Source: a virus (Duplodnaviria; Caudoviricetes). From it: a stretch of 52,636 bases of DNA. Where the stretch lies: positions 1 to 52,636 of IMG/VR virus record IMGVR_UViG_3300008219_003648; one strand, 5' to 3'. Below are positions 19,072-29,126 of the stretch, one piece after another. Numbering within the stretch: the stretch's first letter is position 1; each line of letters starts with the position of its first letter. The notes under the pieces were generated by a model. It was given only the letters and a program-made list of their open reading frames with translations. It was not told the DNA's origin and did no database searches. The position numbers and the translations under genes are program-made.

Positions 19072-19311
19072 GTGTTTGGATCTGAAGACAGTAAAACAGA
19101 TAGGAGAGAACGTCCCCACCATGCGACGATCACAATGAAAATTGATATTCGTCAGATCAACAATGATGGGACATTAGACCATCATGTAATGGGAAATAGG
19201 CTTCTAGAAAAATATGGTATTTCAACAAAAGCTCAATTTTGTATATCGGGGAGTAACGAAGCCGCATGTATCAATAGTTTAAAGAATAAATTGGAGCAAT
19301 TGAATGGCTAG
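19072..19311 (+). CDS. Hypothetical protein
   Basis: AGGAG RBS with GTG start; operon-coupled. Confidence 0.65.
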   Translation: MFGSEDSKTDRRERPHHATITMKIDIRQINNDGTLDHHVMGNRLLEKYGISTKAQFCISGSNEAACINSLKNKLEQLNG

Positions 19312-19639
19312 ATGGGAAGACGAAGACATAAGTGATCTTAATTTACCTAACCCTGAAGCAATTATCACTAATTTTGTAGGTAAAGATGGGGCATCGGTTG
19401 AAGAAGGTAAAGCATTTGCAAAAACTGTAACATCATCTTTGGGGTGTCAATATTATATTAAGTATGGAAGAGGTGAAATCTTGGACCCCTATCAAATAGA
19501 CTCTTTGAGAATTAATGGAAAATTATTTACGTTTAAAAAAGTGTCCCAACAAGCATTTGTATTGTATAACAAATACCTTAACAATAGAAACCGTTTGTAC
19601 TTTACCCGTGCTAGAAGACTAATAATGGAGAATTCATAA
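19304..19639 (+). CDS. Hypothetical protein
   Basis: GGAG RBS; operon-coupled. Confidence 0.75.
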   Translation: MARWEDEDISDLNLPNPEAIITNFVGKDGASVEEGKAFAKTVTSSLGCQYYIKYGRGEILDPYQIDSLRINGKLFTFKKVSQQAFVLYNKYLNNRNRLYFTRARRLIMENS

Positions 19640-19935
19640 TGAAAAAAGGCCCGTTGTCAAAAAAAGACAAACAATTTATTGATGATAATATTTCAATGGA
19701 CGTAAGCTCTTTGGCGGAAAAATTGGACAGATCTCTGTCCTCTGTAGAAAAATATGTAGAAGAACATCATGACACTAGTAATATTCCATCGCATTCACTT
19801 TTCGCAAGAAAACCGGATCGAGGAGTAACGGTTATGACAGAAGCTGCTTCCATGGCCGCAGACGATAACAAAAAAAACCATACCCCCCAACCACCCAAAA
19901 GATATACAGACATTATACATAAGATTAAGGACTAA
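19639..19935 (+). CDS. Putative HTH (Myb/SANT-like) DNA-binding protein
   Basis: KKGPLSKKDKQFI...LAEKLDRSLSSVEKY. Confidence 0.55.
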   Translation: MKKGPLSKKDKQFIDDNISMDVSSLAEKLDRSLSSVEKYVEEHHDTSNIPSHSLFARKPDRGVTVMTEAASMAADDNKKNHTPQPPKRYTDIIHKIKD

Positions 19936-19936
19936 G

Positions 19937-20452
19937 ATGATTTGTACACATGTTGATGGATATATGCACCGGCTCATCACGCAAGAGCTAATGATTAGTT
20001 GGCTTATTACTTTAACGGATGGTACTAAAGTATATGGTGATTATGAACGTCCAGACTTTGAAAATCCTTGGTGTAGACTAAAGGAATATTGTAAAGAAAA
20101 TCAGGTATATCCTGCTACTGTTGAACTGTATATGTTCGGAACGCCACGTCATGTATTTTTTGAAGATCCAGACGGATTAGATGGTTTAAAAATTATGCGC
20201 GGTATAGCTAAAGAGCAATCTATGGATGGCGGACATTCTCAATCATTCCAAACTCTTACGGCTATACTTTTGAAAGACGACTGTACGGAATTCGATGTAT
20301 CAAAATATACATGGCCACATAACGAATTTGAGCAAGCTGTGTCGACCAGATTAACTACGGTAGATAATTTACAAGATGTGATTTTTAAAAATGACTCCCC
20401 CAAAAAAGAACACCCAGAAATACAAAAGTATCTCAACGGGATCTCCGTGTAA
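19937..20452 (+). CDS. Hypothetical protein
   Basis: AGGA RBS; 171 aa. Confidence 0.75.
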   Translation: MICTHVDGYMHRLITQELMISWLITLTDGTKVYGDYERPDFENPWCRLKEYCKENQVYPATVELYMFGTPRHVFFEDPDGLDGLKIMRGIAKEQSMDGGHSQSFQTLTAILLKDDCTEFDVSKYTWPHNEFEQAVSTRLTTVDNLQDVIFKNDSPKKEHPEIQKYLNGISV

Positions 20453-20879
20453 CGCTGCTCAATATGTCGCTGAAATGGTGTGCATCAGAAAGCGAGAACG
20501 AGATAATACTGGAAGTTTAGAATATAAGTTTTGGAGCAAATCTCATACCGAAGAATATCAAACACAGGTAAAAGCCGCATGGAAAATAATTAAGAAATAT
20601 GGAGAAGGTGCGCTTCTTCATTATCTAAATAGCCCTAATGGAAAAAGAGTATTTTCATTGGGGTTTTTACATCAGTCGGGAAAATTTGTATTAATCTTAG
20701 GTTTTGTTGACAAAGGTGTATCTAAATCTGCTAATGTATTAGAAAAAGAATCCAAACGAGAAAAAAAGGTGCTTGACGTACCCAAAACACTAGAGTATAA
20801 ACCAAGATCAGCCCGCAATCAGAAAACGCTTTTTTCACAAATTAGGAATATAGAAGATGGCAAAAAAAAAGACACCTGA
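20391..20879 (+). CDS. Basic hypothetical protein
   Basis: 162 aa, Lys-rich; overlaps the recA start. Confidence 0.7.
   Translation: MTPPKKNTQKYKSISTGSPCNAAQYVAEMVCIRKRERDNTGSLEYKFWSKSHTEEYQTQVKAAWKIIKKYGEGALLHYLNSPNGKRVFSLGFLHQSGKFVLILGFVDKGVSKSANVLEKESKREKKVLDVPKTLEYKPRSARNQKTLFSQIRNIEDGKKKDT
20773..20801 (+). promoter_or_regulatory. Candidate sigma70 promoter for recA
   Basis: TTGACG (20773-20778), 17 nt, TATAAA (20796-20801), 55 nt before the recA ATG; shares GCTTGAC with the 9074 promoter. Confidence 0.55.
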
Positions 20880-21939
20880 GTATCTGTCTAAGATTATCAA
20901 AGAATATGGTAATATTATAACAAACGGAACTGATGTATTAGCAAATAAAAAAAGCTATAAAGTTGTATCCCTTAGTCCGGCTATAGATATAGCTCTCGGA
21001 GGGGGTATAAAAGAGGGTTCATGGTTTATGCTAACAGGAGACCCTAAAAGCGGTAAGACTACCACAGCCATGCAGTTGGCAGCCAATTGTCAAAAAGATG
21101 GGCGTCCGGTTATTTATTTAGATGTGGAAGGGCGCATTAAGGATATGAACTTTGAGGTGCGAGATCTCGATCCTAGTAAAATGGAAATTATACACCCTGA
21201 AGATAAGCCTATACCCGCTGAAGTCTTCTTAGACGCCGCACACAAGCTCATGAGCCACCCCGACTACCATGGCGCACTTCTCATTATTGATTCCATTTCA
21301 TCCCTACTTCCAGAGAAAGAATTGGTAGGCGATATGACTCCGGGGCGAGCGGGTCTTCCAAAACTATTATCTATTTTTACTAAGAAGATGGGGCAAATAT
21401 TACCTCGACAGAGAGGTATTATAACCTGTATAACCCATTACATAGCTAATACCGCTGGGTTTGGAACTCCTAAAATGGCAGATGGGGGCAACAAAATTCA
21501 ATATCAAGCTGATACTAGGATGGAGGTGAGGAGCAATAGTGCCGATAAAATATCTGCTGTTACACCATGGTTTAACACTAATAAAGAAAGGATCGGTCAG
21601 GCTGTTAACTGGAAAATTGTGTGTTCATCAATGGGTTCTCCCGGTACACAAGCTCAAAGCTGGATTAGATATGGACATGGTATAGATAAAATACAAGAAG
21701 TTCTGATGCTGAGTCAGGATTTAGGAATGGTTATAAAAGCTGGAGCATGGTTAACGTGTGAATTTATTCTAAGCCATAAAGAGGCGGCTAAAGAAATAGA
21801 ACCAACGTTAAACATTGAGGATGATGAGGCTATACTTAAAGCATTTAAGTTTCAAGGACAAGATAAGCTTTATGCATTTTTTGCTGAAAATCCTAAACTC
21901 GTATCTATATTAGAGCATCAAATTAAGGAGATGTTGTGA
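20857..21939 (+). CDS. recA: RecA/UvsX-like recombinase
   Basis: IDIALGGGI, Walker A GDPKSGKTT, YLDVE, Walker B LIIDSIS, GGNKIQYQA, KAGAW. Confidence 0.9.
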   Translation: MAKKKTPEYLSKIIKEYGNIITNGTDVLANKKSYKVVSLSPAIDIALGGGIKEGSWFMLTGDPKSGKTTTAMQLAANCQKDGRPVIYLDVEGRIKDMNFEVRDLDPSKMEIIHPEDKPIPAEVFLDAAHKLMSHPDYHGALLIIDSISSLLPEKELVGDMTPGRAGLPKLLSIFTKKMGQILPRQRGIITCITHYIANTAGFGTPKMADGGNKIQYQADTRMEVRSNSADKISAVTPWFNTNKERIGQAVNWKIVCSSMGSPGTQAQSWIRYGHGIDKIQEVLMLSQDLGMVIKAGAWLTCEFILSHKEAAKEIEPTLNIEDDEAILKAFKFQGQDKLYAFFAENPKLVSILEHQIKEML

Positions 21940-22136
21940 TGTGTCACCATACCAAAGCGCACCTAAAAGATAACTATTATTTTTGTGATGAGTGTAATGA
22001 TAAGATTGATAGAGACATTTACGAAGCAATCAACCACATACCATCTACACGACTGACTAAAAGCGAACAAGAAAAAATACGATCTGAATCTCATAAAATA
22101 GATATATGGGAAAATGCGCCAATGGTAGAGACTTAA
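21936..22136 (+). CDS. Small hypothetical protein (possible Zn-binding)
   Basis: CxH...CxxC; AGGAG RBS. Confidence 0.55.
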   Translation: MMCHHTKAHLKDNYYFCDECNDKIDRDIYEAINHIPSTRLTKSEQEKIRSESHKIDIWENAPMVET

Positions 22137-22137
22137 T

Positions 22138-22545
22138 ATGCAAATACATGGCCTTGATGGCAAAGAATACTCATGGAACCCTGCGGTTGCACAGGCTCAA
22201 TCTACGCAACGATCTTCTTTGCATATAAAAGCTAAAGAACTACTTGACAATATTTTTCCACATGATACAATTCTGGAAGAGGTTTCCCTAGCGGGCAGCA
22301 AAACACAAATTAGACGAACTACTCTGAGGGCAGATTTTTTTATACCAAATCGCAATATAATTGTAGAGGTACATGGGGAACAGCACTATAAATTTAACAC
22401 ATTCTTTTTTAAGAATAAGCTTAGTTTTTATAAAGCTAAAATGAGGGATGTAGAAAAAAAAGAGTGGTGTGAATTGAATCAGATTACATTAATAGAATTT
22501 AATTATAATGAGGATCTTGATGACTGGCGAAGAAAAATTAAATGA
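22138..22545 (+). CDS. Vsr/DUF559-like PD-(D/E)XK endonuclease
   Basis: RADFFIP...IVEVHGEQH...RD..KKEWC. Confidence 0.8.
   Translation: MQIHGLDGKEYSWNPAVAQAQSTQRSSLHIKAKELLDNIFPHDTILEEVSLAGSKTQIRRTTLRADFFIPNRNIIVEVHGEQHYKFNTFFFKNKLSFYKAKMRDVEKKEWCELNQITLIEFNYNEDLDDWRRKIK
22244..22271 (+). promoter_or_regulatory. Candidate intragenic promoter (extended -10) upstream of the helicase/primase block
   Basis: TTGACA (22244-22249), 16 nt, TACAAT (22266-22271) with TG at 22263-22264. Confidence 0.45.
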
Positions 22546-22981
22546 GTTTTTGGAAGCGATAGAAACGTGGAAATCATCTAAACAATTACCTCCAGCAGAA
22601 CCAAACGATCACGTACAAAAGATATTAAGCTTGAAATCAGAGGAAATACAGCAGCTTCGCGCTGAAGAGTGTGCGTCCCACGCATATGAACTTTATGCAT
22701 ACGCAGAATATTTAGAAGCGGCTAGAACTAAGGAAAAAATAGTATTAGATTGGGCAGAAAACAGTATTTGGTATATAATTGCAGATAGAATGTCACAGTA
22801 TGGTGATAAGTTCACCAAATGGCAAGAGAAATATTATTCTGCTATTAAAGAAAATCCTTTAGCCTCGGAAATTTTAAAAATTAAGAACCATGCGGAAGCG
22901 CGCACAAAAACCCTAGAAGGAACGCCCAACAGAATACAACGCATGGCGGAAATATTAAACAATTTATCTAGAAGGAGATAA
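22508..22981 (+). CDS. All-helical protein, possible UvsY-like recombination mediator
   Basis: Size, coiled-coil character and position between recA and dnaB; the function is an inference. Confidence 0.4.
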   Translation: MRILMTGEEKLNEFLEAIETWKSSKQLPPAEPNDHVQKILSLKSEEIQQLRAEECASHAYELYAYAEYLEAARTKEKIVLDWAENSIWYIIADRMSQYGDKFTKWQEKYYSAIKENPLASEILKIKNHAEARTKTLEGTPNRIQRMAEILNNLSRRR

Positions 22982-22983
22982 GT

Positions 22984-23400
22984 ATGACCAAGATTGATGA
23001 AGCTAAAAAATTACTAAAGAAAGCTATGGAAATAGATGATCCTGAATTAATAGCCATGGCAAACAAACTATTGCAAGAATCTTCTCCGTCACCAACCGGA
23101 CCAAGATTGGTGAATGTAAATGACGACGATTTTCTTGCCCCAATCATGAAGGATGACAAACCTACCAAGAAGGCGGTTCCAGTAAACGAAATTAAAGGAC
23201 GTGTTAATCAATTTCATGATGATGGGACTGAAGCATCCGGTATTACTACACCTGATGCTCAACCCACAGACCGTCGTCGGAAACCATTTGAAAAAATACA
23301 ACAAAAATGTCAACAATGCGGAGAAGTGAAAGCTATTAATCCTACGCACAAACGAGAACATTACGTATGTGACATGTGCCTTAGAGCAAAGATGAGATAG
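22984..23400 (+). CDS. Hypothetical protein with C-terminal Zn finger
   Basis: CQQCG...CDMC; AGGAG RBS. Confidence 0.7.
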   Translation: MTKIDEAKKLLKKAMEIDDPELIAMANKLLQESSPSPTGPRLVNVNDDDFLAPIMKDDKPTKKAVPVNEIKGRVNQFHDDGTEASGITTPDAQPTDRRRKPFEKIQQKCQQCGEVKAINPTHKREHYVCDMCLRAKMR

Positions 23401-23405
23401 GATAT

Positions 23406-24863
23406 ATGAAACGGAAAGTATTGGAAGATTTAGCCGCTGAACGCGCTGTGTTGGCAGGTTTATGTCAATATGGTTTAGACTGTTATCTAGAAATAGACTT
23501 CGTAGATGCTGATCATTTTAGCAATGAAATGAATCAAATTATATTTCATTGTATACATAAGTCTATTTCTGAAAATGCTAAAGTAGAATTAGCTTCCATC
23601 TTATCAGCAGCCAATAATCTTGGCGTCTACGAAGCAATTCACAATAAAGATGAAATAGCATTTATTAGATCACTATTCAACTTTCCTATACATCAGGAAA
23701 ATGTCCAATCGCATGCCGCCAAAATAGCTAAAATTAAATTGGCTAGAGATCTTAAGCAAACACTTAAAGCTTGCGAAAAAGAACTCAACTCTATCACGGG
23801 TGACGAAGATCTTATTGATCTTATTTCACGAGTTGAAGAACCCATCCTTGATGCCACAGCAGATGTATACCAAGCTTCTAATAAGCACACAGAAGTGCTG
23901 GGCGAAGATATTGATGAGTATCTCACATATCTTTCTGAAAACGTATCAGACACAGTTGGAATACCAACGGGATTTGATAGATATGATTTAGCTATCGGGG
24001 GCGGCCTCCGGCGTAAATGTGTGGATCTCATCGCCGCCCGTCCTAAGATTGGTAAATCTATGTTTGGAGATGCTGTGGCGCTTAATGTGGCCACCAAACT
24101 TAATATACCCGTCTTGATGTTAGACACAGAAATGTCTAAAGAAGACCATCTCAACAGAATGTTAGCAAATTTCAGTGGTGTCGAGATAAATAAAGTTGCC
24201 ACTGGTAAATTTAATGAGAATGAAATAGAAAAAGAAAAGGTACATGATGCAGCAGAAAAATTAAAAAGCATTCCATATCACTATCTAAGTATTGCTGGTC
24301 AACCTTTTGAGCATATTCTGGGCATTATGCGTAAGTGGATTTATCAGCACGTAGGGTTTGACGGTGAAGGTAGAACTAAGGATTGTTTAATAGTTTATGA
24401 CTATCTTAAATTAATGGGGTCCGAAAGTATTACCAATGTAATGCAAGAATATCAAGTATTAGGATTTCAAATTACTAAGCTACATAATTTCTGCGTCAAG
24501 TATGACGTACCATGCTTGAGCTTTGTGCAGCTTAATAGAGATGGTATCACTAGGGAGTCTACTGATGTTGTTTCTGGATCAGATAGATTGATCTGGTTAT
24601 GTACAAGTTTCTCTATATTTAAGATGAAGTCAGATGAAGAAATAGCCGAGGATTCTATTGAACATGGTAATAGAAAATTAGTTCCCGTAGTAGCGCGACA
24701 TGGATGCGGCTTAGATGATGGAGATTATATTAGTGTAAAAATGTTTGGAAATATTGGTAAAATTGAAGAAGATGAAACCCGTAACGAAATACACCGAAAT
24801 GCAAGATCAAGATCAGAAGGATTTGAAATACAAGAAGAGCTTGACGAAGACACAGATAGTTAG
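23406..24863 (+). CDS. dnaB: Replicative DNA helicase DnaB
   Basis: AERAVLAG, GIPTGF, AARPKIGKS, DTEMS, VYDYLKLM, VQLNR; no intein insertion. Confidence 0.95.
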   Translation: MKRKVLEDLAAERAVLAGLCQYGLDCYLEIDFVDADHFSNEMNQIIFHCIHKSISENAKVELASILSAANNLGVYEAIHNKDEIAFIRSLFNFPIHQENVQSHAAKIAKIKLARDLKQTLKACEKELNSITGDEDLIDLISRVEEPILDATADVYQASNKHTEVLGEDIDEYLTYLSENVSDTVGIPTGFDRYDLAIGGGLRRKCVDLIAARPKIGKSMFGDAVALNVATKLNIPVLMLDTEMSKEDHLNRMLANFSGVEINKVATGKFNENEIEKEKVHDAAEKLKSIPYHYLSIAGQPFEHILGIMRKWIYQHVGFDGEGRTKDCLIVYDYLKLMGSESITNVMQEYQVLGFQITKLHNFCVKYDVPCLSFVQLNRDGITRESTDVVSGSDRLIWLCTSFSIFKMKSDEEIAEDSIEHGNRKLVPVVARHGCGLDDGDYISVKMFGNIGKIEEDETRNEIHRNARSRSEGFEIQEELDEDTDS

Positions 24864-25875
24864 TATGTGTAATCGCCTATTTGAAAGGCTCCCCTCGTTA
24901 TTAAAATTTCTTCAAGTAGAATATATGGAATTTCCTAACAGATATTCTTTTCCATGTCCGGTACATGGTGGTGATAATCCTGAGGGATGTAGTATCTTCA
25001 CAGATGGAGATTCTTCTAAAGGTAACTGGAGCTGTTGGACACAGCACTGTGAAGAGGATTTTACAAGTAATCTATTTGGTTTCGTAAGAGGGGTAATGGC
25101 TTATCGTGGGGGACAAAAGGTATCTTTAAATCAAACGGCTGATTTTTGTTTAAAGTTTTTAGATGTTGATATAGATAACTTAGAGGTTGCTGAACAACCC
25201 CAAAATAAAGATGTACAGTTATTGGAAATATTTGATCGTCATTTAGAGAGACGGGCCAATAACATCAACCGAGAAGACATAAGATCCAAAATAGATATTC
25301 CGGCCCCCTACTATATTAATAGGGGGTTTTGTACAGATATTCTAAATTTATTTGATATTGGGGTATGTTTGGAAAAAAATCGACCAATGTCAGGAAGAAT
25401 TGTTGTGCCAATCTATGATGAAAGCTATAATTACGTAGGATGCATGGGGCGTGCAATTCATACCGACATGCAACCAAAATGGCTACATAGCAAAGGTTTT
25501 AAAAAGGCTTTCTTGTATGGGCTAAATATAGCCAAAGATTATATACAAAAGAGCCAAACGGTTATTTTAGTGGAAGGGCAAGGAGACGTATGGCGCATGC
25601 ATGAAGCGGGATATCAAAATTGTGTTGGAATTTTTGGCTCTAGTATCAATGATGACCAATTACTATTACTAGAACAAAGTGGAGCCCTCAATCTAGTTAT
25701 ATTAACAGATTTTGATGAAGCGGGTAAAAAGGCATCCAAACAAATTATCAAAAAATGCGGCAGAAGATTTAACTATTATCGTCCCACCTTATCCACTAAA
25801 GATGTTGGTGATATGGATATTGATACTATTCATCAAGAATTAAAGCCACAATTACAAGAGGTGAATTTAATATGA
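24745..25875 (+). CDS. dnaG: DNA primase (CHC2 Zn finger plus TOPRIM); true start probably TTG 24841 or ATG 24865
   Basis: CPVHGGDNPE...CWTQHC; RIVVPI; LYGL; VEGQGD; DFDEAG. Confidence 0.92.
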   Translation: MEILVKLKKMKPVTKYTEMQDQDQKDLKYKKSLTKTQIVSMCNRLFERLPSLLKFLQVEYMEFPNRYSFPCPVHGGDNPEGCSIFTDGDSSKGNWSCWTQHCEEDFTSNLFGFVRGVMAYRGGQKVSLNQTADFCLKFLDVDIDNLEVAEQPQNKDVQLLEIFDRHLERRANNINREDIRSKIDIPAPYYINRGFCTDILNLFDIGVCLEKNRPMSGRIVVPIYDESYNYVGCMGRAIHTDMQPKWLHSKGFKKAFLYGLNIAKDYIQKSQTVILVEGQGDVWRMHEAGYQNCVGIFGSSINDDQLLLLEQSGALNLVILTDFDEAGKKASKQIIKKCGRRFNYYRPTLSTKDVGDMDIDTIHQELKPQLQEVNLI

Positions 25876-26771
25876 CAACCAGAATCTTAGCACTAGCGGG
25901 TCACAAACAATCAGGTAAAAGTACTACCTGTAATTTTTTACACGGATACCAATTACGAGCACATCATGTTATCGACGGTTTTGCTATTACTCAAGACGGA
26001 AACCTTGTGATTGATACAGCATTAATTGACTCAGAAGGTAAAGAAGAAAAAAGCCAAGCAATTCTTGACACTTCTAGAAATGACATGGAGTTTGCAGAAT
26101 GGGCCGCCTATAGCATGTGGCCTTATATCAAACGTTACTCTTTTGCAGGAACCCTTAAAGAAATCGTGACTGGTATATTTGAAATTAAACCAGAACAAGT
26201 ATATGGAAGTGATATAGAAAAAAATAGTAAAACTTGGTTTTCGTGGGATGATATGCCCGGCGTAATTACTAATTACAATCTTGCAAAAAAACCGGAAATC
26301 AAAAAACTAATCAATGATGGTACCTTAAAATACCATAAACCGGGAAAGATGTCAGCTAGAGAATTTTTGCAATTTTTCGGAACTGATGTTTGTAGAAAAA
26401 TATATGAAGATGTGTGGCAAGCTAGGCTTATGGCCGACATAGCTAGAGAAGGATCTCTTTTAGCGGTTGTGGATGATTGTAGATTTCCCAATGAAGTTCA
26501 AGCTATTCAGGATGCGGGAGGGCACGTTATTCAGCTGACACGAAGTAACCACAAAGATGTTCACGCAAGCGAGTGCGCGCTAGATACATATGAAGAATTT
26601 GATGCTATAATCGATAACCAAAATATGACCATACACGACACCAACGTTGAAATTATCAGAATTCTGGATGAATGGGGATGGTTAGGCAAAGAGTTGCCAG
26701 AAACGCTACCCGCTCAAGAAACTGAACCAACATTAGTTGGTGGTATACATAAATTTAAAGAGGACTCATGA
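25872..26771 (+). CDS. Deoxynucleoside monophosphate kinase (T4 gp1-like)
   Basis: AGHKQSGKST, SFAGTLKE, REFLQFFGTDVCR, DDCRFPNE, HASE. Confidence 0.88.
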   Translation: MTTRILALAGHKQSGKSTTCNFLHGYQLRAHHVIDGFAITQDGNLVIDTALIDSEGKEEKSQAILDTSRNDMEFAEWAAYSMWPYIKRYSFAGTLKEIVTGIFEIKPEQVYGSDIEKNSKTWFSWDDMPGVITNYNLAKKPEIKKLINDGTLKYHKPGKMSAREFLQFFGTDVCRKIYEDVWQARLMADIAREGSLLAVVDDCRFPNEVQAIQDAGGHVIQLTRSNHKDVHASECALDTYEEFDAIIDNQNMTIHDTNVEIIRILDEWGWLGKELPETLPAQETEPTLVGGIHKFKEDS

Positions 26772-27787
26772 TAGTAACATACATTAGAAGTTCATCATAT
26801 AATAATTATGATTATTGCCAGATGCAATATTTTATAACATATGTTTTGGGCCATAGATCTATTTCTGGTAAAAAGGCTCAACTTGGTACCATTGTTCATA
26901 AGGTAATGGAATGTTTGGCGTCTTGTAAAAAACGCCTTCAAGATAAAGAACAAAAGTCTATGTCTATAACCGATGATGCTATAGGAAAGGTTAACTTTAC
27001 GGCGAAAAGCTTATACACCAAAGCGTTTGTGTGTCGATTACTCAAGCGAAGTTATGAGTATTATTCAGAAAATTGTACTCATAATTATACCAATGCTGAT
27101 TTTAAGTTTTGTCAAAAATCAGTAGAGGATGCGTTGTTATACAATGACGGACAATTTGACCCCAGACTACGAACAATAGTGGCGCCAGAACCACAGTTTG
27201 ATATACCAATTGAAAAAGATTGGGCTAAGTTTAAATATAAGATGCCTAATGGGGAAATCATAAAGGGCCAATTAGCTATTAAAGGTACAATCGACCTAGT
27301 GACAGAAGTGTCCGATGGTGTCATCGAGGTTATAGATTGGAAAACCGGTCGACGATTGAACTGGGCAACAGGAGAGGAAAAAACTTACGAAAAACTTATT
27401 GAAGATCCGCAGCTATTGTTGTATAATTACGCCATATCAAAACTGTTCCCTGAATACGAACAGGCCATTATGTCGATATTTTATATTAGGGATGGTGGCC
27501 CATTTAGCATGTGCTTTGATAAAAGTGATCAGGAAAAGTTTCTAGGGATGCTAGAAAAAAGATTCAAACAAATAAAACGAAACAATTTCCCACGCCCCAT
27601 TTCACAAAATAGATCCAGTTTTAAATGTACCAAGTTGTGTCATTTCTATAAAAATAAGTGGCCCGGCACCAATCAATCAATATGTCACTATGTGGACGAT
27701 CATTTGCATGCATTGGGTGAAAATGAAACAATAGAAAAATGTACTGCCGAAGGGCACGAAATTGGTTTTTATGAGGCGCCGGGATAA
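26768..27787 (+). CDS. PD-(D/E)XK exonuclease (RecB/Cas4/AddB-like)
   Basis: GTIVH, KGTIDLV, IDWKTG, QLLLY; one N-terminal and several C-terminal Cys (possible Fe-S). Confidence 0.88.
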   Translation: MIVTYIRSSSYNNYDYCQMQYFITYVLGHRSISGKKAQLGTIVHKVMECLASCKKRLQDKEQKSMSITDDAIGKVNFTAKSLYTKAFVCRLLKRSYEYYSENCTHNYTNADFKFCQKSVEDALLYNDGQFDPRLRTIVAPEPQFDIPIEKDWAKFKYKMPNGEIIKGQLAIKGTIDLVTEVSDGVIEVIDWKTGRRLNWATGEEKTYEKLIEDPQLLLYNYAISKLFPEYEQAIMSIFYIRDGGPFSMCFDKSDQEKFLGMLEKRFKQIKRNNFPRPISQNRSSFKCTKLCHFYKNKWPGTNQSICHYVDDHLHALGENETIEKCTAEGHEIGFYEAPG

Positions 27788-27809
27788 ATAAATAAATAAA
27801 GGAATCGAT

Positions 27810-28442
27810 ATGAACCTCTTAAGATTAGATGAATTCAATCATGCAATAGTTCGCGAATTGGCCCCTTCGTTTCATAATCTTCCTAGTACCGAACACAAGG
27901 ATGGTAAATATAGATTACGACGATATTCTGTGATAGAGCTTATGTTAGAACCTAAAGCCATTAAAACCCTTCCCATCAACAGCTTTATGCAAACAGATAA
28001 ATATAATGATTTTCAAGGTAATGTGGAAAGAAAATTTGAAAATATTGAAGAAGATGTTTTATATGGGGATAGCATGAAAGAGCTTGTATATTCTTTTAGG
28101 ATGATGGCCAGTCTCCCCACCAACACGCAAGTAGATATACATCAAATGAGAGTCATTACTACTTCAGAATCCACCGAGATTTCTCCAGAAGGGGTACATA
28201 GGGATGGCTACGATGTTATATCAATGATAGGAATTACTAGACATAATATATTGGGTGGCAACTTATTGGTTTATGATAATCAAGATAGTGATCATTTTGT
28301 ATCATTACCTTTGGACGGAGGCCGAATGGTAACAATAAATGATAAAAAATTATGGCATAATGGTAGTTCTATTGTTCCCTTAGATAAGAACAATAAGGGA
28401 TACATGGATGTTTTTGTTTTTACAGCTAATTATAATCTTTGA
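27810..28442 (+). CDS. 2-oxoglutarate/Fe(II) dioxygenase (2OG-Fe_Oxy_2/BsmA-like)
   Basis: YRLRRYS, HQMRV, SPEGVHRDG (HxD), LWH. Confidence 0.85.
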   Translation: MNLLRLDEFNHAIVRELAPSFHNLPSTEHKDGKYRLRRYSVIELMLEPKAIKTLPINSFMQTDKYNDFQGNVERKFENIEEDVLYGDSMKELVYSFRMMASLPTNTQVDIHQMRVITTSESTEISPEGVHRDGYDVISMIGITRHNILGGNLLVYDNQDSDHFVSLPLDGGRMVTINDKKLWHNGSSIVPLDKNNKGYMDVFVFTANYNL

Positions 28443-28453
28443 AAGGAATGTAA

Positions 28454-28630
28454 ATGCCAACCAATAATTATGAAGCACGCCAAATATACGGTATCATCAA
28501 TGAGTTTATTGATGAAGAAACAGCAAGAGCTATCACAATACGCTTATACGAACAGGTAGGTAAATACACGGAAAATGAATCCTTAGCCACAAGCCTAAAG
28601 ATGTTAAGAGAGTTATATAGAAATGATTGA
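28454..28630 (+). CDS. Small hypothetical protein (58 aa; not in ORF track)
   Basis: AAGGA RBS; MPTNNYEARQ...LYRND; overlaps the next start. Confidence 0.6.
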   Translation: MPTNNYEARQIYGIINEFIDEETARAITIRLYEQVGKYTENESLATSLKMLRELYRND

Positions 28631-29123
28631 AATCAAAATTACAGAACAGATGAAGCAACGAGCTTGGCGTAAGGCGCGTCAAATGGGAAAACTTAAGCAA
28701 TCTATTACGAAGGGTGATGGCAATATTGCTGGGTTTTTAGGTGAAGAAGTGGCCAATGCAATAGTCAAAGGCGAAATCAGCAATACATATGATTATGATA
28801 TTACTAAGGACGGTGTTAAATATGACGTAAAAACTAAGCGGTGTACTAGCTCGCCCCGTGAACATTACGAGTGCTCTGTTGCTGCCTTTAACACAAAACA
28901 AAAATGCGATCATTATATATTTGTGAGAATTGAAAACATTAGTGGGAAGTGGGGACGCGCGTGGATATTAGGAAGTTATCCAAAACCCGAATATTTTAAA
29001 GATGCGCGTTTTCTAAAAAAGGGACAGAGAGATGGAGACAATTGGTTCAAAGTTAAGGCTGATTGTTATAATATACCAATTAGTAAATTACAGCCCTTAA
29101 AGACCAAAAAGCAAAGGAGATAG
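28623..29123 (+). CDS. Restriction-endonuclease-like PD-(D/E)XK protein
   Basis: GFLGE...YDYDI...YDVKTK...DHYIFV. Confidence 0.65.
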   Translation: MIEIKITEQMKQRAWRKARQMGKLKQSITKGDGNIAGFLGEEVANAIVKGEISNTYDYDITKDGVKYDVKTKRCTSSPREHYECSVAAFNTKQKCDHYIFVRIENISGKWGRAWILGSYPKPEYFKDARFLKKGQRDGDNWFKVKADCYNIPISKLQPLKTKKQRR

Positions 29124-29126
29124 TAT

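Noticed and set aside
12592-20870. A9/T9 homopolymers in nrdJ, the DUF5658-like gene and recA as phase-variation or frameshift sites
   Set aside because: Frames are intact, and such runs are ordinary Lys/Phe codons at this base composition.
26768-27787. Cas4 as part of a CRISPR-Cas system
   Set aside because: No cas1/cas2 or repeat-spacer array seen; stand-alone Cas4-like nucleases are common in phage replication modules.
27784-27800. (ATAA)n micro-repeat before the dioxygenase
   Set aside because: Very short AT-rich spacer upstream of an RBS; no evidence of function.
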